Shown piece by piece: positions 36,477-49,800 of a stretch of DNA of 64,000 nt. A program made the translations under genes and the position numbers. Every line of letters begins with the position of its first letter. Position 1 is the first letter of the stretch. The stretch lies in NCBI RefSeq assembly GCF_000143415.4, contig NW_003314373.1:452876-516875 (forward strand), given 5' to 3'. Source of the DNA: Selaginella moellendorffii (taxonomy: Eukaryota; Plantae; Lycopodiophyta). The notes beneath the pieces were generated by a model, which searched no databases, was not told where the DNA came from, and saw only the letters and a list, made by a program, of their open reading frames with translations.

Positions 36477-38213
36477 TCAAGCATACTGAATGGAAGCCCC
36501 CCTGAATGTCAAGCTACCGTCTCCCCTCGGCACCAGCGTCACAACGAGCTTGTCCGCTGACTTTAGGCCCAAGATCTCGACATTAGCCTTGATAGAGAAG
36601 GTGGCGTTCACGATCTCGGTGTGCCCCTTACCGATGTCGGACATGAAGTGGGGAACGTTGGAATAAGTGCCCACGTACTCGGCACAGCTGACGCGCGTGT
36701 TCTTGTTGGCCTCGGGCAGGTTGATGAACGCGTTGAAGCTGATGGCGGATCGCATGTCAATCTCCATGTCCTCCAGCACCAGGATCTCGTCACAAGCGCT
36801 GCCTTTGGGCTGATCCACCGTGATCGTCACCGGCTCCGCTTCAACTTTCAAGGCCTCAGGGTTCTCAGCTGATGCTTTCACCAGCCGATACTCATACGAC
36901 GATCCACTCCAGGGCGTCTGTTTCAGTGGCTTGGGCTCGTAGGCGGTCCAGCTCTTGTCGTCAGGCATCGCCTGGTACTTGTACTTGAGCATCTTCTCGT
37001 TGTTGAGGGAATCTTTCACCTTGACGCGAACGAGATCTTGGTTCTCGTCAAAGAAGAGGAACTTGGTGTTGAGGTAGTCCGGGTCTGTGAAGTCCTTGTT
37101 TCCCAGAGACCTCCACACGTCCCACATCCGATCGACGTTACCGTGGTGGCAGTAGAAGAGAGGGTCTCTACCGGCCGAGTAGAAGTTGCCCATGTCCTCG
37201 TTATTGTGCTCGTCGGGGCTGCCGCAAAATATGTGCACAGCATTATGTGGCGCCCTCTCCACGCCCCCTGGGCCATTTATGCTGCTGCTGCCTTTCCTGC
37301 AAAGTATATATGGCTGCTAAAATGGAGCGCATGCATGGGAATGCACGTACCTGAGGGGGTAGCCAAAGAACGCGTCCGGCTGCTTCACCTTTGCGACGTT
37401 GTTGTACATGACTGAGAGTTTGTCCTCGCGGATCTGCTCGTCGCTCTTCTTATCAGAGCCGAGCGAGTAGATGAGATCCACCCGTGTGGGCTCATAGTGA
37501 CTCGTGTTGCGCTTTGCGTCGTAGAGGGCGGTCTCGCGGCGAAACATGTCTGGGATGTACCTCCCGCCCTCCTGGTCCCAGCTCCAGAATGGGAGCGCAA
37601 AACCAGGATCCCCGAAGTAGAGATACCAGCGGTGCCACGGCAGGAAGAGCCAGTTGAAGTGGATCTGGAGCGTCTGCTTTGGGGCGCCCTCCTGGCGGTA
37701 GCCATAGTTGCAGTAGGCGCAGTGGACTTTGGCCTGATGACGTAAGCTGCGCGGGTCGCCCCGGCTGAGGGCGCGCATCTTGGCGTAGGCCTCGTTGTAC
37801 TTGGCGATGTAGTCCTTGTCGACGAGGTGGGCAGCGGGGCGGACGCGCATCGGGCCTGAGTCGGGCTTGAAGTCGATGGTGGCGCGCTTGGGCTGTGGGG
37901 GGCAGCACCGCCGGTTGATGTCGTCGCTGATGGTGGCGCGGTGGCAGTGCTTGAACGAGGGCAGTCCGATCGGATCCGCCAGCGCGTGGCTGTCCACTGA
38001 TGAGGCGAGAGACGCACCACCGGCAATGGCCCCGGCCAGGAGCTCGCGGCGATCGATCGAGGGCGTCACAGGGGAGGAGTTAGAGTTACATGCATTGGCT
38101 TCTTTCCTGGCGTTGGCGGCGATCTTGAGCAGACGCGTGCGGGACGGGCGCTGGAGCTCGAGGCGATCGATAGACAGTGCCACCATCCCAGACATGCTCG
38201 GTAGCGAATACAT
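36477..38213 (-). CDS. PPO: Polyphenol oxidase copy 2 (560 aa; intron 37297-37350) with in-frame loss of HEKILGSLI; possibly non-functional
   Basis: Same motifs and frame-preserving intron. YLYF is joined directly to GDP. Confidence 0.85.
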
Positions 38214-38675
38214 TGTCAAAGGGGGCAGCTATACAACACACAGCAGTTGATACTTGCTTTTAAAGGGGCGCTCTTGCATGGCTCTCGTGTCTAATGTGGA
38301 CGTTGCAACTCATACCCAAGCTTGGATGACTTTGCTGGCTCCGCAGCATTACTATGGACCTGATCGATTCATTCATCCGGTTTAGGAAAGTTGCATGGAA
38401 CCTTCTTGCTTCAATGGCGTGCACGTCTTCGGCCCGCCACCTTCTTCCGGTGTCCATCTTATGTGATCTGGTTCTCAGTTGTCAGTCACACGTACGGCAT
38501 TGGAAGCATGAAACGCCAACGTTTATGAGAAATATGAGAATTCGAATTGCTGCAAAAGAACATGTAAAGTTTGATCTTTTAGGCATTGCTTCAAGAGACA
38601 AAACAAACAATCCCCCTTGCTTATACTAAAACAATATGAAATTTTTTAAAGCCTGATTTTAGGGTTTTTGAGCTT

Positions 38676-39532
38676 ATGGAGTGGGAGGAAGAGAGGATAG
38701 TGCATTTCTGCGTCGCCACGAGCGCCTGTGGAGAGCGCACGTCGTGGAATTCTTCCAGGTATGGCGCATTGCGCGACTTTCCCATTTGCGAGCTTAGAAA
38801 TTTATGCCAATGCAGGGGCGTTTGTGGGAGATTCTGGACACGCAATGGCTCCTGGCGCTGAGGAGTGCGTCGATGGAGGATCTTCTTCTCCTTCCATCGC
38901 ATATTTCCAAGGTGAGAGAGAGAGACTCTCGATTCTTTGTTTCTCGCGCATTAATGGATGGCAAGGAATTGTGGCTTTAGGATTGCTGGCCCAAGACGCT
39001 CCAGGATTTTCTTGCAGACGTGCGCTCGCTCTCTCTTTCTCGAGAGCTGATGGAGACCTCAAAGGTATTTCCCTTCACAAAACCTTGTCATTCACAACGT
39101 TTCTTAGCTTCTCTCAGGCGGATCGCTTCCAAGTGTTATAACGCAGGGCGTGAACGCCAAAAAACTCCACGAGGTATGTCACTCCTCTCCATCGATCGTC
39201 TTTGAGAAGACTCGCGTTTAGATTCTTTCCAGATTGAAAGACTTTCTTCGTTGATAGTAAACATCTCTCGCGTTGTCAACGCTACAGAAATCGTGGACGT
39301 CGGTGCTGACCAGGTAAACATCCATCATTCTCCGGTGTATCATTCACGGGCATTTTGTTTCTTCCTAGGGGTATCTTGCGCAAGTCTTGGCGTTCCACCA
39401 CAAACTTCCAGTAGTCGCAGTAGATTGCTCGGTGCACAAACACAACCGTGACAAACAAACGCGCTGACTGGATCCAAAGATACTACGCTTCTCGCTCCGG
39501 TAAGCTTGAGTTGGTGCCATTCTTGTCAACCG
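38676..39532 (+). pseudogene. 5' half of the METTL25-like methyltransferase, truncated at the duplication junction
   Basis: Near-identical to 59981-60858, with a deletion in exon 1, GAGQ changed to GADQ in the SAM-binding motif, and an abrupt end. Confidence 0.85.
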
Positions 39533-42500
39533 GTTTTTCTTATCTAGACATGAGTACTTGCCCAGCAAATGCTGGGTGGTTTACAAAGAGGTTCAATATA
39601 AAACCTTTTTATAGATAGTGTTAATTGTAAAAACAGAAGGATTTTGAGGAAGGAGGTGGCTTTGGCATGTGGTGTTTTGAATTTTAATTCCAAGTCCATG
39701 TGGTGATGTGCATTTTGATAAAGCCACATAAAGTTGCCCATGAGTGAAAACTGAGTGGGGCAAGTAAACTTTAACTCGGTCAAATGTCTGTCCTTGGCAT
39801 TTGGAAATTGTTAAGCAGTAACCCAAGCAAATTAGAAATTGTTGTTTGGACATTTTGTATTTGATAGTATTAGTGTGATATGTGGGATAAAAACTCGTGT
39901 CCCTTTAAATTGCCCCATCACAATTTCACAACCTAAAACATTTGGTAGTGCATTTTTCAGGATGAGATGTGTGCCGTTGCATAGTCCTATTGATGGAAAC
40001 ATATTTCTTAGATAAAAATAACACCTTGTTTGAGAGAGAGTTTATGTGGTGGGAGACTAGAAGGTGTGATAGAATTTAAAAATTCTGTCGGAAAATTTTC
40101 AGGATGTTCAATGTCAACAAAATCAATGCTTTTGTAGATGTATGTATCACCTTGTAATCTAGAGACAATAGTGTTGTTGATTGCAAATGTATCATCATTA
40201 AGTGGGGTAAGTATGACTCAATTGGCTGCAATATAACGGTTTGAAATATGAAGTACTGAAGGGTAGACAAAATCAATAATTGATGAATAAATTAGTTGTG
40301 TATGAGGTAATAAAATGGAGTTAGAAGGTAAAGATGGTAAATTTTTAAAATTTTTATTATTTCCAACTTTGAGAAGCCATTCAGACCATGATTTATCACT
40401 TTTAGCAAGCCGTATATTTGTTTTCAAAGATAATTTTCTAAATAATCTCCATAATTTATTCATTCTTACAGAACTTAAAACAATTTATGCCCTATGTTCA
40501 TATGGAATGATTGGAAGTGTTTGTTTAAAGTCCTCGTTAGTGACAACAATTATGCCACCAAAAGGTAATGATGTATTTTTTAGGTCTCGCAACACTCAAT
40601 CAATAGTAGTGAATGCATGAGTGTGAACCATACTTATTTCATCCCATAACAATATGTTAGTAGTTTTGATTTTTATACTTACTTCACTATTAGCAGTTAT
40701 AGCGAAAGTTAATGTTTCATTTATTGGAACAAAAAGTTTAAAAGTAATATGTGAAGTTCGGCCATTATAAAGTAAAGTACTTGCAATTCCTATCCAAACC
40801 ATGCTAACAACATTTTTTTTTTCAGTTGTAAAATATTTATAAGAGTAAAACATGAAATGTTTTACCAGTACCACCAGGGCAAATGTATCGATTATGCTCA
40901 GTTGGGTGATCAATAACATTAAGAATATCATTAAAAATATTTAACTGTTCTTGATTAAATCGAGGAATATTTTGTTCAACATTTTGATATATTTGTGTTG
41001 AGTTGACAATATTTTCATCATCAAGATTTTGAGATGGCAAAGGTAGATGATAGTTTCGATTAGTTTTGCCATGCATTTCATTTTAATTATTATATCATGT
41101 AAAGCATGTTTATAATGAAAAATTGGATTTGTTTGCATGAAATCCTTAGAGAGGAAGTTTTTAAATTTATCCCATAAGAAGTAAAGATCTTTTGGAGTGC
41201 AAAAGATACAAAGTAATACAAATAATTGTCTTAATTGTTATAGCATTTTAAAAAAGCAAGCATCTTCTAAACATTTTTCCCATTTAGTATCATCAATTAT
41301 AAACCCCATTGCATCTGCAACTTGTTGAAATGTGTCATAATAAATATTGTTAACTGTCTTGAGATCTTTAAAAGACATAGCACCTTTTTTATGGAGTAAA
41401 ATAAAACATAAATGATATAATTCAACATTAGATGGCGACATAGAATACATTCGGGGAATGACATTTCTTGTATGTCGAATTTTCCAGTTATGAGTATGAG
41501 GGTTAAATGTATAATATAAAGGGATTTCAGGATATGTATATTGTCTAGCATTTGGGTCATTTATATTTAATTCAAACCATTTTGTTAACATCGTACTATT
41601 TTGAGTAGCTCTTTGAAGTGCTATTTGTTCAGAATCTTCTATAAAATAGATGTTTTGAAAATTTGGAAGATGGATAGGAAGAAGGATTATAGGGGTCAAA
41701 CGACCATGCATTTTAAATTTAAAAAGTCTCCATATTGCCTCTAGAGTAGATACATAACGTGTATTTAAAAATGTTGAGATTTCATCAATTTAAAATATTA
41801 TCAGGTTGTTGCGTTGTTGAATGGATTTCAATTGTAGCATAATTATAATCTTTATAAACATATTGAAATAAATATTTAATACTTTTTATAGTAGCACAAG
41901 TTTCAATATTAATATGAGCATTATATTTTTTACAAAGGTATTTATTATAAGGCACTACCCAATGATTATCAATATAACACCCATTTTTTAGAAATGTACG
42001 GCCATTATTAGGTCTATAATAATCTGAATATCCATCAACACTAAAAGTAGTTTCATAATTAAATTTTTTTGGATAACCTTTTGAGCAAGTGCCATTTTCC
42101 ATGCAAAGACTATTAGGGTAAAGACGCTCACATGGACTATATATCATATGAGATGTAATTATTTTAGAAATTTCAAGTTCATTTTGAGGATCAAACAATT
42201 GTGCCGTTATGTATTGGTTAATAGCATAACGGTCTTTAATCTTGTTTTCATGAGATAAAATGTGGAAGGCCTCTTTTTTGAAATTCAATTACATATATAA
42301 AAGCAATACAATTTCCAAAAATATGTTTTTTAGTAATATCATTCAAAAATTCTTTAAGTTTGATATAAAATACTCTAGAAACCAAGTCTGGACGATCCTT
42401 AGGGCTTTCATTTGGATGTAAGTTCTTAGAAATTTCTGGCCATTTGGGATTACATGTAAAAGTAATGAAAAGATCTGGCTTTGAAAAATGAGTAACTATA

Positions 42501-42967
42501 GCCATTGCATCTTGATAATTTTATTGCATTGCTCTAGGGCCACCCCCAAAACTTGAAGGTAAAATAACAATTTTGCTTGGATTTATATTTTCATTAGTAA
42601 CACGGTTTGCAACATAATCCATAAAACTAGTATACATTTCAACTCGCAATTGTTTCTGATGAGTGCGATAGTAATTCAAATTATTGCTTTCAACTTTTAT
42701 ATAAGCATCGACAATATATTGTTATGTGAGTTTTCCTACATGTAAAATTTGATCAAAACCAAAGTGTATTGTGTCTCTTATAGATAAGCGGTATGCATAA
42801 TATTGGAGTAATGTAATTCGACGTCTGGAATTAAAAATATTTTTGTGCCAACTTCTGTCACCAAAAGGAAATATTAATGGGTAAACCATTGGATCACAAT
42901 TATAATCAAGTGTTGAGATACATTTAGAATTGCTTACAGTTGGATATATACAAATTTCATGACTATG

Positions 42968-45900
42968 TGTCGCGCATGTGACTTTGGGTATCGAAAATTA
43001 CCTGTCGACCAGTCCTTACGGACACTCTTACCTTACTGCCACGATGGCAGGAGGTCGGTATTGCTGGTTCCTTTTATCAGCCCCTCTTGTTCAAGTGTTA
43101 GTTTACTGGGCTTAGCACCTGTACTTAACTAGATGGACATAAGGTAGGAACTCCTATGTGTTTCTAGCTGAGCATACTCGGCCTGGGTCTTAGTTCTCTT
43201 TTGCTCTGTCTTGCACTGGCTTGACAAGAACCCTCGTGTATTGAGATTGGTCCCTCAATATTGCCGGATGATAGCTTACCGTGTCTGCCAAACACCCTCA
43301 CTATCATGCCCTTTGTGTTAGTCTCAATTCGGTCCCAAATGCTATTTATGGAAAGTGTCCAGATTTACTTATTTGGCATATCTACGGAATGTAGAGATTG
43401 TCTTGAACACAATTGTGTTCGTCCCGTGTCCAAATTTGCAATCTAAGGACATTCCATATTTAGTAAGTTTCAAATTTGTCCCAAAGACTAACTCCTGATA
43501 CTAAGGGAGGCTTGGGGTGAAAGCCCAAAGCGTGTGTTCCTCAAGGGGGGGGGGCTGTAGGGGGTTCCAAATGTCCAAATGTATAGTAGGGATAGTGGGT
43601 AGGTCGGGCATGGCCGACCAACTTGAGGCATAGTCTAGCTCCCGCTTGCGTGCTTGTCCTTGTTCTGCGTCCGGCTTGGGTCTAAGCCCAAGTTCCATTC
43701 CATGCTAGTTGGTGGAATACCCATATCCTCACGTTAGGCCACCGGTATGCCGAAATAGCGCCAGACTCCATTTGGCTCCGTTTTGCGTGCTGGTCCTGGC
43801 ATTGGGATGCTGGTTGCTCCAGGACTGTTCCAAGTCGCTCTGGGCTCCTGTCCCTTCACTCCTTGGGCTTTATGCTCGGGAGTTGCTCCGTGGTTCGGTT
43901 CCGACACTCCTTGGCTCCATGCTTGGGAGTTTGGCACCGTTCTATCGTTCAGTGGCCCAAGGCCCTGAACCTCGGGTTCCTATGGACACGTGGCATGGAC
44001 ACGTGGTATGTGACATGTGGCATCTGTCACATGGCACAAAGAGGGTTTAGGTTCCGCAAGGTAAATCACCATAGGATAAAGGGTCAAAACCACGTGCACT
44101 ACATTTGGCATTAGAGGATGAGTCTCAACGAGTACTATTCAATGAGATTGGGCAACTAGTCTCGTTGCATACACAGAGATGAAAACGATGATCCGAGTGG
44201 GTACACGTTTGGTGTAAGGGGTTCACATTCGTTCCTTGGGTATGGTTTTGGTTACCTTTTATACCTAATAATGTGAGCTTGCTCTTGGGCTCATAGGATG
44301 GATTTGAGATGCTCCGTTAGCACGAGTTTATGCTTGGGCTCGTGAGTGAGGCACATTAGCAACTCAAGGTTATACTTTGAGTTGGCAGGATTAATGTTAG
44401 CCTATCGGTGGTTCCATGAGTTGTTCCAGTGGTTCTATGAGTTGTTCCATGTACCGTGGGTGAAAGCAAACCTCCTTGAGTTTGCTATGAATGGCAAATA
44501 GGCTAGTCCGTAGCTATTTAGCACGGCACTAATAGATCTTTCCTAGGCATGATTACAAGTGAATCAACCAAGATTGTAGGGAAGTCTATTGGTTCAAGTA
44601 ATCATTGTCGTGCTCTCTCATAAACTTTTCTTGGATTGGACTGAAAGCAGTGCGAAAGCAAGCTTGAGGTTTAGTCAAAGATGAGACCGAAAAGAGAGTC
44701 GTCGGGGACGAAGGATCAAACACGTAAATCATTTTCTTTTTTTGAGGAAATGATTCGTAATGAGGTGTTAACTCATTGCTCGTGTTCACATTATGCAATC
44801 AAGAGTCATTACCTTAATGCATCTTGGAGATGATAATCTTACAAATGGTGAGTTATGGGATGGATAGCAGTGAAGCGCTATACCATTTTGTCTAGGCTTG
44901 CTATTGGAAGATTTGGGTTGCAATGCTCAATTCTTTTCCAGGGAACCTTGCTATTGCTCCTTGAGTAGCTTGGTGTTGGGTTAAGTTTTGAGTTTGGTCG
45001 AAAAGCGAGTAGCATGAGCTTGTCCGTGTTGTGAACAAAAATTGGTGGTGTTCAGTGTTGTAAATCTCTATTGGTGGAGTGTGGCATTTATGTTGCATTT
45101 TGTCGAATTGAGTTGGCACTTGATGCTCACATAAACCTTTGAAGTAATGACATGGGTGTTGCTCATGGTGTTGCTTAATTGATGATCAAATCATTGTAAT
45201 TTTGTATCATATCCATGTGATAATGAGCAATGTGTTTACGAAGTTGCTTGGTTAAATGATGATCAACCCCAAAGTGGTTGATGGTGAAGCTAATCTACTT
45301 GCACGGAGTAGCATTGTAGTAGCTTTGATTGGATTCTCGATAGTGGTCCATTATGCTAAGCTTAAGTTGGTTCCTTAGTTCCTTGAGTTTGCCCATTGAG
45401 GTGTTGGAAAGGGTTCTAGCATCCATTTGCTATAGCTCATTAGTTGATCCGTTAACACTTGGAATAGATTGTTGGATAGAGAAGGTGTAAGGTTGAGGCA
45501 ATGACATTACTAACACTTGTGTTAGTGGAAGTGGCATTGTTATTTTAAGTGATGAGGAAGTTTCCTTAAAGCTTGATTTTCCATGTCATTTTTCTTATTA
45601 GTGTTTTAGTTTCACATTAGATCTTGAAGGTGGTTGAAAAAAAGTGTTGGTGCAATGTGGATATCTGAAGATGTGGTCTTCGTGATCAAGCATTGGATAT
45701 TCCATTTGCATTTTTACGGATATCGGTGTTGGATGACAAAAGAATGGGCAAAAAGATGTTCAAGGCTTAAGCATACTATGGGTCATGAGAATTTATGTTG
45801 AGGTGAACCTATGTGAAGTTGTTAGTAGGAGGAAGTTGGTTGAGTTTTGAAAGTTTGTATTCCTAGACTAGGAGTCATTCTTTCTCTGGGATGGAAAGAT

Positions 45901-46783
45901 TTTCCACAAATTTTCTTAGACTTTTCCAATGGCTGATTTGTTATCACTTTGCTCGAAAACCATTCCGTTTTCGAAAGCTAATACAAACTAGTGAAGGGGT
46001 TGGAGTTGACTTCGGTTAGCTTAGACCTTAATATGTAGTTTGTATGATGCAGACCGAAAGGGATGCTAACTTTTGGGGCTAAGGCAATTGAGTTGAATAG
46101 AGTCTGGAGTTGGTGTAAAAAAGTGGCCATTGCACTTTTCTAAGAAGGGTGACCCTTGTGCCTTTCTTTTGTAGCGTTATGCTTGGTGGCAAGTTGCACC
46201 TTGCAGTTTGTTAGACTCTATGAGAGTAGTGAGCTCTCATTGATCTTGACTTGGACTTGTGTGAGACACAAAATCCCTAGGCCCCAAAGTGGAGCCAGAA
46301 GGGCGCCACATGGTAGTGGCCGAAGTGAGAGCCAAATGAGTGTAACGCGTTTGGACCAAAAGCTCCGACTTGAAAAGTCAAGAGCGGGAGTGGAACTCCC
46401 AACGAAGTGCTCGAGGAACAAGCACGAAGCGAGCAAAAGGCGAGGCTCCAAAAAGGGACCCAAAAGGACCAACACATGACACGTGGGAGTGTCCGAGATG
46501 GACCCGAGTTGGAGTCCAAAGTGGAGTCCGAGATGGACCCGAGTTGGAGTCCGAAGTGGAGTCTAAGATGGACCCGAGTTGGAGTCCGAAGTGGAGTCCG
46601 AGATGGACCCGAGATGGAGTCCGAGGTGGACCCGAGATGGACCCGAAATGGAGTCCGAGATGGAGTCCGAGATGGACCCGAGATGGAGTCCGAGATGGAG
46701 TCTGAGATGGAGTCCGAGATGGAGTCCGAGATGGAGTCCGAGATGGAGTCTGAAGTCGAGACCGAGACCGGGACCGAGACCGG

Positions 46784-46825
<42 letters not shown>

Positions 46826-49800
46826 GATCGGGACCGAGGCCGAGGCCGAGACCGAGCCCGAGCCCGAGTCCGAGTCCGAATCCGAGTCCGAGTCTGAGTC
46901 CGAGTCCGAGTCCGAGTCCAGAGCCTGAGAGGGTGAAAGCCCAAAGCGTTCGTCTCCCAGACCCTGGGGGGTTTGGTGAGCTCCAAAAGTATAGTAGGGG
47001 GAGGACTGCAGTGGAGCCAGTTTGGCCAGGAAAGGCCAGTTTGGCCCAGGAAGGCCGGACCCAGTGTTGGGTGATGAGCTGCCCACTGGGAAGTCCAAGA
47101 CTAGAGTGAACACGGACCGACAAGCGGGGTAGCTTGGTGAAGTGTTCAAGAACCGGCTCTAGTTCCCCCGGGAGATCGACTGGCCGATGCTCCCAGTCCA
47201 AGTGTGGGTGGCACTACCTACTTGGATACCTGGTGTGGCTCAACGGAACCCGCTCTAAGCCCATGGCTAGAGCACCCAAGGGCAGAAGGCGAGGAGAGTA
47301 CCCAGGTGGCTCGCGTAAGGCCACGGTGTTCCGAAATGTTGTCCCAAAGGCCCAGACTGTGGAAAGGAAGAGGAGCAGTCCTCTGGGGTAGTGACCAAGG
47401 ACACAGTCATGTGGTGAGGAAGTCCCAGAGGACCGTGGGACTTAGTGGTCGGGCTTGTGGGTCTCGATCCAGTGGCAGTGTTGGCAAACACTTCCAGGGG
47501 CAGAAAGGGACTTAGTGGGGACTGACAGAGGGATATTGGGGAAGGCTATTCCCCTTGTCGGTGGGCATCCTAAGGATGCTAAGGAGTGGATCTGAGATGA
47601 CCACTCACGGATGGTTTGCCTAGTCTTGGAGAGCCAAGACGGTGATGCAAGTGGTATTGGACTACCAGTGTGGCAAAGGTGATTGGGCATGGCCTTAGCG
47701 TAACGGGCTGCTATGTCGGTGGTACCTTTGAGTGTCGGTCATGGGATCGGACACGTGGAGCACTTGGACCAAGTGCAAATGTTGAGTGGCATGGATGCTA
47801 TTCTCGGGGCTAGCAAGTCCCAAGTCCTGGATTGGACTTATGGAGGTTGTGAATGAGACTCCTCCAAGTGGTCAGAGGTGTGGTTAAGTGACTAAAGTAG
47901 AATGGAAAATTTAGTCTCTTACAACTTGGTGGCTCTGCAACTTGGCTGAGGATAGTGATGTCCAACTTAGTTGTTTGTAGTTGAGATGTTGGTACCTATA
48001 CTATAGCTTTGTTTAAGTGGAGGTTGTGTACCGATATGAGTCCATCTCGTAGTCTTCACTTTAGTTTCGACTAAGTGTTGATTACGCATAGTTAGCCTCT
48101 TCAAGGCATGCTCAGAGCCGTTGGCTAAATGTATTGGTGAGCTTATTGTGGTTGAGTTGGATTTGAGTGGTCATTTGGTTTGTGCTTGTCTATGAACTTT
48201 TATCTCATACCGGAGGTAACACGTTTATGTTGGACAAGTGTATGACTCGATGACGTGAGTTTAGTGTTTGGGTCTCGTGAAAGCAAGTTGAAAAAGTGAT
48301 GGTTAGTTGCTTTGCAACTAATGATTGCTTGTAGACTTTGTCAAGGACTGTTGACACTTTCTTCGCTCGATGATAATTTAGCAGTGATAGGCTTGCTTTA
48401 CCGAATGGTGTTGCGGAGGAACGTGTCGTTAAACTTCCATGGGTATTCCATGTTGGCATGTCGACTCTACCTCTGTTGATATCATTTGGTTGCGTTTAGT
48501 TCATAGTGTTGGATTTCATGGAGTCTTGGACGTGGTGATTCATTCCTTGAGGAAGTGTTATCTGTACCTGAGTATTGTTGAGAGATTGGTCTCGGATACT
48601 AAGTAAAGTATCTCCGACTTTGGTTAGCTTGGTTGCTAGAAAGTTTTGAGTGGTGATTCACTCTTGCTTTCTACTAGCTTTGTTCTGTTGTTGATGGCAT
48701 TGAAGTGATGCCTTATCGTTGACATTATTGAGGTTGAGATTTTAGTGAAATGGGATGTCTCTCCACAAGATTGATATCGAGTTTCATTAGTTTTGATGGA
48801 AATAGTGTTCATGATTTGGCTATGACTTTGTGTTATTGGCATTCGTGCATTTGCTAGTTAGCAACTGTCATGATGTTCACATGAACTGAGTGGCAAGTTT
48901 GAGTTAGTTGTGTTCTAGATGAGATTGTTTAGTAAGGGTTAAGCTTTGGCTTTTCCTTGAAAAGTGGTTCAGTCAAGGACTATGCTAACTCTACAAGTGG
49001 AAGAGTTAGTGATTGATATTGGAATATTTGAATCCTTATGGGATTTTAGTTGAAATATATTGATCATTGATAATTCTTCTTGTGTTTGTTATGAAGTGAG
49101 TTACGTCTTGCTATAGATGGATTCATGGAGGATCGTTTGGTGATCACTTGTTGAGCATAGCTTCGTTGTGCTTAGCTTTTGGATTGATGCAGATATGCTC
49201 TTCATTAGCTTTGGCATTATGAAGTTTAGCTTATGGATGTGTTGAGGAAGATATTGTGGATTGCACTATGATTTCTTCAATAACATTGAAGTTAGTTCAT
49301 GCAAAACTTGTGATCATTATTAGGCAAGACTTGGCTATAAGTTTCTTCGAGCTTTTGGTTCCTTGAGGTTTTATGCTTGTGGTCCATTTGTTAGAAGTTG
49401 TTGGGGAAAGCATTTTTGTCTCATTAGCTTCGATGTTGAAGTTGGCTTTTGCATTTAGCAATCATTGGTTATAATTGACTATCATTTAGAATAGTTCATT
49501 GTCATTGTCAAAGGTTTTACTTGATTATTATTGGTATAGAATGATTTACCGTTCTTCGGGATGGTAAATTGTTTCTTCGACAATGATAATGCATCTCCTT
49601 ATTGATAAAATGATTGATGATCTTTCATGGTGGTTATTTGTTCTCTTTGATGGCTTATGGCTTTTCGCAATATCACATGTTCTTTGTGATTTGCTCTGGA
49701 TTGGTCTTTTGGGTTTGAGACATCAGTAGGATATTACTAACACTTGCTTAGGCAACTTGAGTTCCTTTGTATTGTTGGCTGGGATCTATTCAGATTGGCT

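Larger units (their letters stand above)
32764..39532. repeat. Segmental tandem duplication unit 1 (psiMT-PPO-psiMT-PPO-5'MT); unit 2 = 39533-39550 plus 53993-~60858
   Basis: Colinear near-identical sequence. The junction at 39532/39533 joins methyltransferase sequence (GTCAACCG) to the unit-start sequence GTTTTTCTTATCTAGACA. Confidence 0.85.

Noticed and set aside
39544-39547. CTAG as the canonical Helitron 3' end
   Set aside because: The same TATCTAGACA occurs in the paralogous empty site at ~32772-32781, so it is host sequence.
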